Shown one piece after another: positions 46,858 through 57,504 of a DNA stretch of 64,000 bases. Each line of letters opens with the position of its first letter. Position 1 is the first letter of the stretch. Origin of the DNA: a virus; IMG/VR virus record IMGVR_UViG_3300027917_000041, positions 8,451 to 72,450 of that record; one strand, 5' to 3'. The translations under genes were made by a program, and so were the position numbers. The notes beneath the pieces were generated by a model, which searched no databases, was not told the DNA's origin, and saw nothing but the letters and a program-made list of their open reading frames with translations.

Positions 46858-49800
46858 ATGGCACAACAGACAATTAATGTTCAGATAAAACACGGTAGTA
46901 ACGACATTACAAATACCGTAATATCTTACAACAGACAGGGTAGCATTTGTACCGGAGTTACACAGCTTACCCTAACTTTGGATACACCACATGCACCTTC
47001 AATTAATGTTTGGGATGTTATCAAGCTGTACGAAGAAGGTGTACAGCATGGTAAGTTTAGAGCGTTGGATATTAGTCGTAATGAACGTGGTGAAACGATA
47101 GTAGAATGTCAAGATGAAAGTGTAAGATTGACAGATTACTTTATTACAGAATCCTACTATATTGATTATCCATCATATACTAAGACTTGGATTGATAAGT
47201 TTTGTGCTGAGGCAGGAGTAACCGTATCGTATACAGCTGCCGGGAGTGGCGTACTTGTTAGTGAAAACACAAGTATAGGTGTGGCATCTGCCTATGATGT
47301 GATAATGCAGATGTGTCAATACACAGGTTGGTACTTTTATTTCGATAATGATGGTACTATGATCATAGGTGATTTGGACAAAAACTATGGGAGTACAGAT
47401 TTAAGTGTCAACGAAAGCAAAATATTACAATTCGACCAATACATCGATGATAGCTTTTTACGTAATGAGGCTCATGTTTGGGGTAATGCTCAAAAAGATC
47501 AAAGTTGGGTGCTTGCAAAAGCACATGTAACTACACCTTGGGATAGAGGCCCAAAGGATCGTAGACCAATCTTATACGCTAATAGTAATATACATTCAAT
47601 TTCAGCAGCTTACAGTATAGCCTATAAAATGTTAGACGAGTTTGCTCATTTGAAAAATGAGAAAGTAGTCAAGCTCGCGGGAGGTTATGATGTCGAGTTA
47701 GGTGATTTAGTACACGTAAGTTGTCGTCAATGGACTGGAAAAGGACTAGTAACAAGTATTCAGTCTGAGGCTAGTAATAAGGGTTACATAACTACACTTT
47801 CAATAGATGAACGCTGTCCTAGACTACTTGGTTACTTTGGATTTAGTGATTGGGTTTACACAGGACATGATACCAATGGTGTATGGCGTAAGGAAATTTT
47901 AGGAAGTACTTGGGAAGATTTTTCAACGGGGTTAGAAGATTTACACGTAACAGACCTAATTATTAAGAGTAACATGTTTGCTTGTGTAGCTGGTGGAGAA
48001 ATGTACTGGCAAACAGGTACTACAGCATCATGGAATAAATACACACCGGAAGGTTTTGTAGATGCAGAAGGTTACTCATATCCACCAGAATCATTTGAAT
48101 GTGTAGCTGTAGATATTGATACTTACACAAATCATATATACGCAATATATAAGTTTACACAAGCTGTTGAGGACTTTGCAGGGGTGCAACGCACATTCGT
48201 AGAACAGGTTGCTTGGGGTACACGTATAGCTTACACAGAAGTACATTTTGTATATGATGGTACAGCCTACCAAGACATTGAAGCTGTAGACATAATGCAC
48301 TATGACTCAGGTGAAGTACTACCAACAGCAATAGCTCCATCGTTGTATGCCCTACTAAACAATCCAGAAGCATTATTTGGTACACGTAAAACCAATTGGA
48401 ATATAGTACCAGACGCTAATAGTTTTGTATTTGGGCCTCTTGCTAATGATGAATTAGATGGTGGTACGTTTGACTATATAAGTAACAACTTTGGTTCTCA
48501 TGTGCTTTGGGATAATAACTTAGGTATTTCAGTAAACAAGTACAATCAATTTTGCCTATTCAACTACAAAGAATACCCACCGGGAGACGCTTTAGCAAGA
48601 CTATCCTACTCTGGAAATGGATGGGTACTGGAAACGCTGGCTTTACCCGGCTTAAATAACTACTGGCCCACAGGAACAGAACGTCTAGCAGCTAGATACA
48701 TGTATTGGGATGGTGATCCTGATCCAGACGCTAGTGAATTCAAATTAATGGATGCCGCCTATACAGATGGTACTTTGAAAGTAGCGGTAGTAAATCAAGC
48801 TACAATTGGTGGACTTTGCGATTATAAAACACCGTATTTAGAATACTATAACTACATTAGTACAGAACATGTAACAGCGTCAGGTGTACAAGTAGTGGAT
48901 GGTACTGCAACTTCTACAGGCGATATTGTATTTCTAAAAGACCAAGACGATCCGGTAGATAATGGTGCTTACTACTGTAGTGATATTGCAGTTTGGTCTA
49001 GAGTACCTGATTGGATACCGGGTTCAGGTTTGATTGTACAAGCTAAGTACGGTAGTGAAAACTATCACCGTTGTTGGCAGTTGCGTTTCTACAAGCCAGA
49101 AGATTTAGAGCTTGAAGTAACAGATTTGAATTTTCAAGAAGTTCTGGATGTCAGAGAAACATCTTCTGATATGGTGTTTGACCTAAACTTAGCTAATGGG
49201 AACGATTCACAAGGTATTTGTGTAACTAAAGTACATGAACCTGTATTCTATCATGATAGAATGTTTTGGGTAATGAGATTACATACTTCTGACGACGCTT
49301 GTCCTTTTGGACAGTGTGGTTATGGTAATTTAGATTATTACCTAGCTACTTGTATTGCGGGAGAAATAGGTAAAGGTAATGGGTCTGTAGATGTTAAGTT
49401 TCTATATAGAGATACTTATCAAAACAACGCAGCTTCATTGCGTAAAATGATACAAGAACTTGAACCAGTCGCTTGCGGACAGGGTGTAGCATTTATTAGT
49501 ATAAAAGTAGACGCTGAAACAAATAATCCGCTAACTCGTTGGTATTTGGCTAAAACTGTAATTGATAGTGAGGGAGAGTTTACTTATTCAGAAGCTGACG
49601 CTATGATTGTAGCACCATATCCAGACTGTCAAGGAGCAGAATCTACATTATCACAAGTACGTAGAATAAAGGATGATATTGCTTGGACAGGGTATGATAT
49701 TAAGGGTGAAATGATTAACCCTTACTTTAGAGCTACAATTAGAAGTAGAAGTAACTATTATAATCCTAATTGTTTACATTGTGGAAAGTGGGGTTCACAC

Positions 49801-50946
49801 TACACAGAAACAGCAGTTGTATTAAGAGGTTCCATCTTCCAAGACTGGATGGAACAAGATGAAACTATAGGAGGGGAAGTGTGGACAGGGCTAACAGAGG
49901 TACAGTGTAGACCCGGTATACCATCATCTGTTTGTTGTACTACAACAGCGGAACAAGGTACGTTGGACATGACTGGCGACTTAGTGTATGGTACTTCTGG
50001 AAATAACAGCAATATTATTCCACTATCGAGTCGTTGGTATCCTATTTATGTATATTTAGGCTTATTTGTAAAAAGTTCAATAGACGATTCTGTAATTCAT
50101 CAATTAGACACACCAAGCAATAATAGACAGGTTTGTAGGCAGACTGACGATTTTGATGGTGGTATTTACATAATACGTGGTAATAACATGTATAAAGAAA
50201 TACCGGGCTTAGGCGTAGTTTCTATATCTTCTGGTGATCCAGTATACCCATTGGCTTATGGTTTCCAACTATTTTATCATGGTTGTGCTATGGGTACTAT
50301 GAGTAACCTAAACGGGCAGACTAGAATAGAAGTACTGGATAAGAATTATATACTTCCGGGCTTAGAACTATGTTACTTATGGGAAGATGAACGTGATGAG
50401 TTCGATGATGTAACAGGACAATATACAATTAGGGATATGGATTTCTTTGGTTTCAATACCGAGGATTCAAAACCTGAACCTGCTATTTCATGGACATTTC
50501 CACCAATGTTAGCAACCTATGAGTTTGGCGGGATAACTTACTCTGGTATATGGCCCGAAAATATGAAAGTGCATCGTAGTATAGCAGAGTTTAAAGGTAT
50601 TCCCGTATCTGGTATGTTTAATGATGGTAGAGTATTGAATTATGCTGGTACTACTCCAAGTGGTGTAACTTTTGATTATGATACTATGGCTTTGATGGCT
50701 ACTCGTACACCAGACTTAGTAATGATGCCTACAACAACCGTAAGTGGTCTAAGTCACTTTACTTCATTATCAGGTATCAACTTCTCTCTAGAAACTTCAA
50801 ATTGGGGAAGTAACCCTTATATGTTTGCAGGGCTAACACAGACTGTTCAATTTTGGCAGAAAGATGCTGGATTAGATGAGTTCGAGCAGTACCCCGGACA
50901 TCCCGGTTCAGACATCCTAGTAATCAGATTAGATGATAGGGTATAA
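46858..50946 (+). CDS. Large tail tip/central fibre protein
   Basis: N-terminal hub-like domain resembling the previous gene; long beta-rich Cys-containing C-terminus. Confidence 0.65.
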   Translation: MAQQTINVQIKHGSNDITNTVISYNRQGSICTGVTQLTLTLDTPHAPSINVWDVIKLYEEGVQHGKFRALDISRNERGETIVECQDESVRLTDYFITESYYIDYPSYTKTWIDKFCAEAGVTVSYTAAGSGVLVSENTSIGVASAYDVIMQMCQYTGWYFYFDNDGTMIIGDLDKNYGSTDLSVNESKILQFDQYIDDSFLRNEAHVWGNAQKDQSWVLAKAHVTTPWDRGPKDRRPILYANSNIHSISAAYSIAYKMLDEFAHLKNEKVVKLAGGYDVELGDLVHVSCRQWTGKGLVTSIQSEASNKGYITTLSIDERCPRLLGYFGFSDWVYTGHDTNGVWRKEILGSTWEDFSTGLEDLHVTDLIIKSNMFACVAGGEMYWQTGTTASWNKYTPEGFVDAEGYSYPPESFECVAVDIDTYTNHIYAIYKFTQAVEDFAGVQRTFVEQVAWGTRIAYTEVHFVYDGTAYQDIEAVDIMHYDSGEVLPTAIAPSLYALLNNPEALFGTRKTNWNIVPDANSFVFGPLANDELDGGTFDYISNNFGSHVLWDNNLGISVNKYNQFCLFNYKEYPPGDALARLSYSGNGWVLETLALPGLNNYWPTGTERLAARYMYWDGDPDPDASEFKLMDAAYTDGTLKVAVVNQATIGGLCDYKTPYLEYYNYISTEHVTASGVQVVDGTATSTGDIVFLKDQDDPVDNGAYYCSDIAVWSRVPDWIPGSGLIVQAKYGSENYHRCWQLRFYKPEDLELEVTDLNFQEVLDVRETSSDMVFDLNLANGNDSQGICVTKVHEPVFYHDRMFWVMRLHTSDDACPFGQCGYGNLDYYLATCIAGEIGKGNGSVDVKFLYRDTYQNNAASLRKMIQELEPVACGQGVAFISIKVDAETNNPLTRWYLAKTVIDSEGEFTYSEADAMIVAPYPDCQGAESTLSQVRRIKDDIAWTGYDIKGEMINPYFRATIRSRSNYYNPNCLHCGKWGSHYTETAVVLRGSIFQDWMEQDETIGGEVWTGLTEVQCRPGIPSSVCCTTTAEQGTLDMTGDLVYGTSGNNSNIIPLSSRWYPIYVYLGLFVKSSIDDSVIHQLDTPSNNRQVCRQTDDFDGGIYIIRGNNMYKEIPGLGVVSISSGDPVYPLAYGFQLFYHGCAMGTMSNLNGQTRIEVLDKNYILPGLELCYLWEDERDEFDDVTGQYTIRDMDFFGFNTEDSKPEPAISWTFPPMLATYEFGGITYSGIWPENMKVHRSIAEFKGIPVSGMFNDGRVLNYAGTTPSGVTFDYDTMALMATRTPDLVMMPTTTVSGLSHFTSLSGINFSLETSNWGSNPYMFAGLTQTVQFWQKDAGLDEFEQYPGHPGSDILVIRLDDRV

Positions 50947-50951
50947 AACAT

Positions 50952-52226
50952 ATGCAGTATGAAATCAACTCGTTCAATTATTTTGATACGTTAGTACGCT
51001 TTTTAAGAGCGCAACCTATCAACTTGGCTGGTATAGCTGCTCCTAGCGGTGGTCAAGGTGGCGGTTCTGGTTATATTGGATATCTACCACAAACTAGAGT
51101 AGCCTACGACGAAACAGAGGCGGCTACCTTAGATACAGCAGTAAGTGGTAGTCTATTAGATAACCTAAATCACATTCGTTATACTATTACTACACTTTCA
51201 GGTATCGCAGCTGGTGGTGTTATCATTGAAGAAGATGGTGTAGTTGTTGCTAGTGGTGTAACTGTAATAGACTTTATCAACGATTTTGAAGTAGTAGCTG
51301 CAACTCCTACTTCCGTAACAGTGGCACAGGTAGCAGCTTCCGGTGTAGTAGCTCTATCAGGTGTACACAATGAGGACTTATCATCACAGATCGATGGTGC
51401 TACACAGCACTTTGATCTAAATAATGTATTCCATCCCGGCTATCTACGAGTATATTACAATGGTCTAAGACAAGACGGCAACTTTACAGCAGACGGTGAT
51501 TTTGGTGGTTTTACTCTAGACTTTACACCAGAAACAGGGGATGCCCTAGTAGTAGACTATGACGTAGCTACGTCTGGTGGTAGTGGTACTTACGGACACA
51601 CTCACTCACAGTATGTAACACTGTCTTTCTTAGAGTCCAATTATTATACGGACGATGATGTAAATGATATTCTAGATAATAAAGCAGATAGTGTACACTC
51701 CCACGTAGAAGCAGAAATAACTGACTTGGAACACAATGCTACTGCCCTTCAAGGTGTGCCTGTATCTGGTATTATCCCTGCCGATGAATCTGTATTACAA
51801 TATGACGCTGATACCTTAGTATGGTCGCCTACTTCGTTGTCGGGTGTGCTAGCAAGAACAATACACCAGCAAACAATCTTCTCTATTGAAGGTACTAATA
51901 TGGCAGCTGCCGACCAAGGTGTGAAGCCTCTAAGAATGTACGTACATGATGTAGGCTTTGATTGCCAATTAGAAGAAGTCTTTTGTGCGGTTAATACAGC
52001 CCCCGGTGCAGCTGATTTGCATATTGATATACTAAAAAATGGTTCAACTATATTCAATGCACCGGAATATCTAACATTACCAGTAGGTAGTGGTTATGCA
52101 GCTAGAGGCGATTTTAATGATGCTCAACTAGCAAAGGATGATTATTTACAATTCGAGTTAGTACAAGGTGATAGTACAGCGTCGGATTTGACAGTACACG
52201 TAAGATTCAAGTGGGAGGCTACATAA
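50952..52226 (+). CDS. Tail fibre/virion structural protein
   Basis: H.H motifs (HTHSQY, HSHVEAEITDL), VYYNGLRQ domain. Confidence 0.65.
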   Translation: MQYEINSFNYFDTLVRFLRAQPINLAGIAAPSGGQGGGSGYIGYLPQTRVAYDETEAATLDTAVSGSLLDNLNHIRYTITTLSGIAAGGVIIEEDGVVVASGVTVIDFINDFEVVAATPTSVTVAQVAASGVVALSGVHNEDLSSQIDGATQHFDLNNVFHPGYLRVYYNGLRQDGNFTADGDFGGFTLDFTPETGDALVVDYDVATSGGSGTYGHTHSQYVTLSFLESNYYTDDDVNDILDNKADSVHSHVEAEITDLEHNATALQGVPVSGIIPADESVLQYDADTLVWSPTSLSGVLARTIHQQTIFSIEGTNMAAADQGVKPLRMYVHDVGFDCQLEEVFCAVNTAPGAADLHIDILKNGSTIFNAPEYLTLPVGSGYAARGDFNDAQLAKDDYLQFELVQGDSTASDLTVHVRFKWEAT

Positions 52227-53224
52227 TGGCTTGTTTATTATTAGAGAGTTTTGATACCTATGCAACGGGTAATTATACTGGAAAGTGGCAATCAATGGCT
52301 GGTACTATCGGAGCTTATGGTAGAGAAGGTACTAATGGTTTGACACATACTACAGAATCATTTATACAAAAAACCATTAGCAATAAACAAACGCTTATTG
52401 TTGGTATTGCTATTAAATTAGATACTACTAAGGATTGGAACTTGCTTGAATTTAGGGACGGCACTACAGTACAACTAGGCTTGTACACAGACGCATCTAA
52501 CCAGATTATAATCAAAAGAGGTACTACAACATTAGAAAATACTAGCTATGCTATTCCTACAAATACTTGGATATATCTAGAATTCAAAGGCACAATTGAT
52601 AACAGTGCAGGTTCTTATGAACTTAGAATTAATGGTGTTACAGAAGCTAGCGACTCGGGTATAGATACACAACAAACAGGTAATGCCTATGCTACATCAG
52701 TAGTATTTAGATTTAGTGGTATTGGTGCATCTAACCACTACCTTGATGATATCTATATCTTTGATGATGAAGGTTCTTTCTGCAATAACTTTGTAGGCGA
52801 TGTTTACGTAGAGGCTATATTTCCAAATGCTGATGGGTATACAAATACTTGGGTAGCTTTTCCGGGCAGTGGTGATAACTATGAAGAAGTAGATGAAACC
52901 GATCCAGACAGTGATACAACATTCGTAGCTACATCCGGTGTAGGTTTTATAGACAGCTATGCATTTAGTAACTTAGTAAGTACTAGTGGTAGTATTTATA
53001 CAGTACAAGTAAATCTATGGGCTAGAAAAGATGATGCTGGAAGTAGAACATTAAACGCCATAACACGTCCTACTACAGTGACTTATTCTGGTGCTGAACC
53101 GATAAGCTTAGGTAATACTTATCAATACAGCTTACATCACTTTGACTATAATCCAGAAACAGCAGGTAACTGGACAATAGCACAGATCAATGCAGCTGAA
53201 TTTGGTATAAAGGAAGAAGCATAA
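52226..53224 (+). CDS. Beta-sandwich (lectin-like) virion protein
   Basis: W.Y.E, ELRING, YLDDIYI; start MACLLLE after GGAGG. Confidence 0.55.
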   Translation: MACLLLESFDTYATGNYTGKWQSMAGTIGAYGREGTNGLTHTTESFIQKTISNKQTLIVGIAIKLDTTKDWNLLEFRDGTTVQLGLYTDASNQIIIKRGTTTLENTSYAIPTNTWIYLEFKGTIDNSAGSYELRINGVTEASDSGIDTQQTGNAYATSVVFRFSGIGASNHYLDDIYIFDDEGSFCNNFVGDVYVEAIFPNADGYTNTWVAFPGSGDNYEEVDETDPDSDTTFVATSGVGFIDSYAFSNLVSTSGSIYTVQVNLWARKDDAGSRTLNAITRPTTVTYSGAEPISLGNTYQYSLHHFDYNPETAGNWTIAQINAAEFGIKEEA

Positions 53225-53225
53225 A

Positions 53226-53441
53226 ATGACTAACATTAGGGTATCACAAGAAGCTCTTGAATACTTAATAAGTAGAAACCCTAACCTTAGAGCATCGCAG
53301 GTATCTATTGAGGCTTTGTTAGGATTACTTAATAACTCTAATCTTAGAGTTTCACAGGCTAGCTTAGAAGTGCTAATATCTGCTGTAGCTCCAACACCAT
53401 CAGCAGGTAGAGTACTTGGGCCTCCTGTGCAAATGATATAA
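53226..53441 (+). CDS. Small protein with three tandem NxRxSQxxxExL repeats
   Basis: NIRVSQEALEYL / NLRASQVSIEAL / NLRVSQASLEVL. Confidence 0.6.
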   Translation: MTNIRVSQEALEYLISRNPNLRASQVSIEALLGLLNNSNLRVSQASLEVLISAVAPTPSAGRVLGPPVQMI

Positions 53442-53451
53442 GGAGGAAAAC

Positions 53452-53811
53452 ATGCTTATTTCAGGAGGAGATAATATATTTCCATATGCACAGGTTTTTG
53501 TTGTACTAGTCGTACTAACAAATATCTATTTATTGTGGAAATACAGAAATGAAATTAAAGGTTACAGACAGGCATTAACAACACCGTTATATCACTGGTT
53601 ATTCCACGTATTGCTATTCTATTTGGTTACAACACCCGTACGTTTTTATACACACCCAAATTTGTTAGCAGATGACTTATTGACGTATTGGAGCTTAATA
53701 GTTAGATTACATGGTCAAATAGCATTAATAGCTACATTCTTAGGAATGGCTAGTAGGGAGGGTCTTACATGGAAGAACTTTTTACCCAAAGTCCTACGCT
53801 GGCGTTCATAG
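53452..53811 (+). CDS. Three-TM membrane protein, holin candidate
   Basis: Hydrophobic segments; lysis-region position. Confidence 0.5.
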   Translation: MLISGGDNIFPYAQVFVVLVVLTNIYLLWKYRNEIKGYRQALTTPLYHWLFHVLLFYLVTTPVRFYTHPNLLADDLLTYWSLIVRLHGQIALIATFLGMASREGLTWKNFLPKVLRWRS

Positions 53812-54152
53812 GGGCTGTAGTTATAGCCTTGTTAGGTGCGATACCGGGTATTTATGCTATCTGGAATCAGCGTAATAAAACACAAGCAGAAGTAGTAAGA
53901 ACTGACGCAGAAGCGGCCGAAATAATAGGGCGTGCCTATAAGCAGCTACAAGATAGCTACTTAGAAATGATAGAGGCAATACAAAGCGACTTCAAAGAAT
54001 GTGCTGGCAAAATAGATAAACTTACAACTGAGATCGCAGCTTTGAAAGCAGAAAATGAAAAATTGATTTTAGAAAATGTAGCTTTGTGCGAGGAAATGAA
54101 AAAGCTAGAAATTAGAATTAACGAACTTACTCAACAGCTAATGGAGGAGTAG
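53769..54152 (+). CDS. N-terminal TM plus coiled-coil protein (holin/antiholin-like)
   Basis: One TM then heptad repeats. Confidence 0.55.
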   Translation: MEELFTQSPTLAFIGAVVIALLGAIPGIYAIWNQRNKTQAEVVRTDAEAAEIIGRAYKQLQDSYLEMIEAIQSDFKECAGKIDKLTTEIAALKAENEKLILENVALCEEMKKLEIRINELTQQLMEE

Positions 54153-54153
54153 A

Positions 54154-54336
54154 ATGCCTTACGGAGTCGATAAGAAACAAGGAGGGGATAATCCCTCAAA
54201 TACAAGGTTTATGGAACGTTGCGTATCCCGCATAAAGGGAAAGAATAGCAAAACCGGACAACCCTATACCAAAGGCGAGAAGATAGCTATTTGTAAAAAA
54301 GCCTTGGAACTAAGACGTAAATCAAAGAAGAGGTAA
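54154..54336 (+). CDS. Small basic protein
   Basis: MP...ERCV....K.....AIC pattern. Confidence 0.55.
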   Translation: MPYGVDKKQGGDNPSNTRFMERCVSRIKGKNSKTGQPYTKGEKIAICKKALELRRKSKKR

Positions 54337-54339
54337 TAA

Positions 54340-56574
54340 ATGGCAAGTAGAAAAATCTATTTAGCTAGAAATGTAGAAGATGTAGATGTATCTGGTGGCA
54401 TTAATGATGGCGAGGTACTAGTTTGGGATTCAGGAGCAGGAGACTGGATACCGTCAACCGTTAGTGGTGCTAGCGGAGCTTCTACATTTTTGGACTTAAC
54501 AGACACACCTTCAGACTATGCAACTTATAGTGGTTATTTCGTTAGAGTAAACGATACAGAGGATGCTCTTATATTCGACACGGTTTCAGCAGAAGCTAAT
54601 ATAGCAATCCAACAAGACGATGTTGAGGTTGTTGCTACAGTCACAGCTTTAAACTTTGAAGGGCGAGATATAGTAGACGTAGCTGATGAGGGCGGTGGAA
54701 AAGCCACAGTTACAATTTCTGGTGGTGCTACTATACTAAATGAATTAGATGATGTTACTATACAAACTCTGGCAGCTAATCAACTACTATATTACAATAC
54801 GGTCAGTGGTTGGATAAATGATCTAGTTCCAATTAGTTATTTAGACGATGTTACAATTACAGACCCACAAGATCATCAATTTCTAATGTACGATAGTGCT
54901 ACAGGACAGTGGATTAATGAAGCTGTTTTAGGTGCAGATAATCTATTCCTTCATGAAGAAGCGTCCACAGTAGTAGGTGGGTATGAACAATTATTAACTA
55001 CCCCATCTGATGATGCAGAAAATGTAGAGCAAATAATAATAACATCTGCTTCTGGTATACATTTAATAGATTCTTTTGTAACAGAAGATACAATAGGTAG
55101 AACTATTCTACAAGGTGGTGCTTGGCATACTGTTATGTTTGCTAAAGTAGATAGTGCCTCTGGTTCTACTTCTAATTTGGTAATTCGTGGATATCTAAGA
55201 ACTGATGGGGGCGTAGAAACACTTCTAGGTGAACTTACAACTGATGCATTGACAACTTCCATAGAAGAATACGAAAATGACTTTGTACTGTCTGATATTA
55301 TATGTAATGCTGATGACCGTATAGTAATTAAAGTATACGGACAAACTACTTCTGTACCAGCTAGAACTATTAGCTTTTACTATGAAGGTAATGAGCATTA
55401 CTCACATGTACATACACCACTTTCGTTTGGTACAACGCAATCATTAGCTTTGGACGACTTGACAGACGTTAATGCACCAAGCCCGAATGATGGAGATGCT
55501 CTAACTTGGGATGATGATACGAGTAAGTGGATACCAGTAGCTGTTAGTGGTGGTAGCGGTGCTTCTGATTTCCTAAGTTTAGATGATACTCCAAGTTCTT
55601 ATTCAGGTGAAGGTGAGAAGTTTGTAAAGGTAAACGCAGCTGAGGATGCCCTAGAGTTTGTAACTGGTGGGGCTGGTGCTTCCACATTCTTAGATTTAAC
55701 AGATACACCAGATGACTATACCGATCAAGAATTCAATTATGTTGTTGTAAGTGGTGCTGAAAATGAATTAGTATTTATGCCACAAAATAGACAACCACTC
55801 TTTTATGGAGACATCCCCCCAGCTGAACCATATCGTACATATATGGCTGAAAACGGTAGCTCCGAATTTGAAATATATGGTGATTTAGATGGTTGGGAAC
55901 TGATAAATGGTGCTGGCTCAAATCCAACACACACAACTCTTTCAGGTTGGCTAAATAGCTATCCAACTGACGACTACTATGATGTACATAACTCTCTGCC
56001 TAGCCGTTTGATTATGTATGGTTATGGTATTGGTGAAAAAATGCTAATAAAGAAACAGTTTACAGTAGCATCAGGTACAATAAGTGCTATTGCGGCTAAA
56101 GTTGGTATGTTTAATTCTAACAACACCGGAGATAAAGTTAACTTCTTTATTGCTAGAGACGAACCATCTGGCTCATGGGGAAGCGGCCCACCTAACGGTA
56201 GTTATGCAAATTCTTTCGAGATACAAAGAAACGGTGATAACCTATTCCTAAGACACTATAGAAAGAACGGTGCTGGTGAAATTAACGTAGATACTACCCA
56301 ATTCATACCTTGTCAAGAAATATTTTTAGCTTTTACTACACAAAGTGACGACTCTATAAAAGCATGGTGGAGTATGGATGGTGTTATTTGGTCAAGGGTT
56401 ACACAAGATACATCAACAGATGTTCTTTGTGGAGCTATAAATTGGGTAGGTATTGGTTTGTATGATGGTAGCTTAGCCCATCCTCCTACTATGTGTGTAG
56501 TAGATTGGATTAGAATGATTAAAAATGAAAATAACCTATGGCGACTTGCAGGAAACTGGAAGAACGACTGGTAA
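54340..56574 (+). CDS. Tail fibre/receptor-binding protein
   Basis: Repeats FLDLTDTP..Y and L.DV......L.Y....W; C-terminal beta-sandwich. Confidence 0.75.
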   Translation: MASRKIYLARNVEDVDVSGGINDGEVLVWDSGAGDWIPSTVSGASGASTFLDLTDTPSDYATYSGYFVRVNDTEDALIFDTVSAEANIAIQQDDVEVVATVTALNFEGRDIVDVADEGGGKATVTISGGATILNELDDVTIQTLAANQLLYYNTVSGWINDLVPISYLDDVTITDPQDHQFLMYDSATGQWINEAVLGADNLFLHEEASTVVGGYEQLLTTPSDDAENVEQIIITSASGIHLIDSFVTEDTIGRTILQGGAWHTVMFAKVDSASGSTSNLVIRGYLRTDGGVETLLGELTTDALTTSIEEYENDFVLSDIICNADDRIVIKVYGQTTSVPARTISFYYEGNEHYSHVHTPLSFGTTQSLALDDLTDVNAPSPNDGDALTWDDDTSKWIPVAVSGGSGASDFLSLDDTPSSYSGEGEKFVKVNAAEDALEFVTGGAGASTFLDLTDTPDDYTDQEFNYVVVSGAENELVFMPQNRQPLFYGDIPPAEPYRTYMAENGSSEFEIYGDLDGWELINGAGSNPTHTTLSGWLNSYPTDDYYDVHNSLPSRLIMYGYGIGEKMLIKKQFTVASGTISAIAAKVGMFNSNNTGDKVNFFIARDEPSGSWGSGPPNGSYANSFEIQRNGDNLFLRHYRKNGAGEINVDTTQFIPCQEIFLAFTTQSDDSIKAWWSMDGVIWSRVTQDTSTDVLCGAINWVGIGLYDGSLAHPPTMCVVDWIRMIKNENNLWRLAGNWKNDW

Positions 56575-56591
56575 AATGGAGGCAATATATA

Positions 56592-57440
56592 ATGTTATTT
56601 GGTTTTGATGTAAATCATTGGAAGCATCCCGTACCTATTGAAACAATGATTGACGAGTGGGGAGCTGAGTTTATTATAGGTAAAGTAACGGATGGTGTAT
56701 CCTATCCCGAAGCCTATATCCAAATGTATCTAGATTGGAAGAAACGCACGGAGGCTAAAGGTAAGCCATTTGGTTCTTTCCACTATTGGAGAGTAACAAA
56801 AGACGCACACGCCCAAGCCGACTATTACCGTGAAAAAAGTGGTGAAACGGACTTTCCTCCTATCTATGATGTAGAGAAGTATTACAATGCTGGCTACTAT
56901 AGCAGGTATGTAAATGCACAAAGATTACGTAAGTCTATTGAACGTACAAAGATAAACTTTGGTGTCAAGCGTCCTATTATCTATACTAGCTACTATCATT
57001 GGCTAGAGCTAACTGGAAATGCCGACTTTACGGATTGCGATCTATGGATTGCTAACTACGGTGTAGTATCTCCTAAGATTGCTAAAGTATGGACAGAGTA
57101 TAAGTTCTGGCAGTTTACTGATAAAGCACAGGGTAAATATGATGGTAACTACTTTAATGGTGATTTAGCAGCTTTCATGCAATATTTGAAGAAAGAACCT
57201 GTAACTCCACCAGAACCTATCTATCATTTAGGTAAGATTTTGAAAGTACGAGTAAATGCTGTAAATGTAAGAAGCGGCCCAAGTACGGGCTATGGTAAAG
57301 TAGAATTACTACGACTAGGCGATGAACCAATTGAATTAGAAGAAGTGGTTAAATCTTCTAAGGAAGCATGGGCAAGAATAGGATGGAATCAGTGGGTAGC
57401 CAAGATGTATAATGGCAACACCTATGTAACTTATAAGTAA
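56592..57440 (+). CDS. GH25 muramidase endolysin with C-terminal SH3b
   Basis: GFDVNHW, K.TDG, G.FHY, DVE, IYT, LWIANY, FWQFT; NVRSGPSTGY; start after GGAGG. Confidence 0.9.
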   Translation: MLFGFDVNHWKHPVPIETMIDEWGAEFIIGKVTDGVSYPEAYIQMYLDWKKRTEAKGKPFGSFHYWRVTKDAHAQADYYREKSGETDFPPIYDVEKYYNAGYYSRYVNAQRLRKSIERTKINFGVKRPIIYTSYYHWLELTGNADFTDCDLWIANYGVVSPKIAKVWTEYKFWQFTDKAQGKYDGNYFNGDLAAFMQYLKKEPVTPPEPIYHLGKILKVRVNAVNVRSGPSTGYGKVELLRLGDEPIELEEVVKSSKEAWARIGWNQWVAKMYNGNTYVTYK

Positions 57441-57504
57441 TACAAGTGCTGTAGTATCATCCACAAATACAATAGCATAGGTAGGGGGCGAGAGGGCATG
57501 GATT

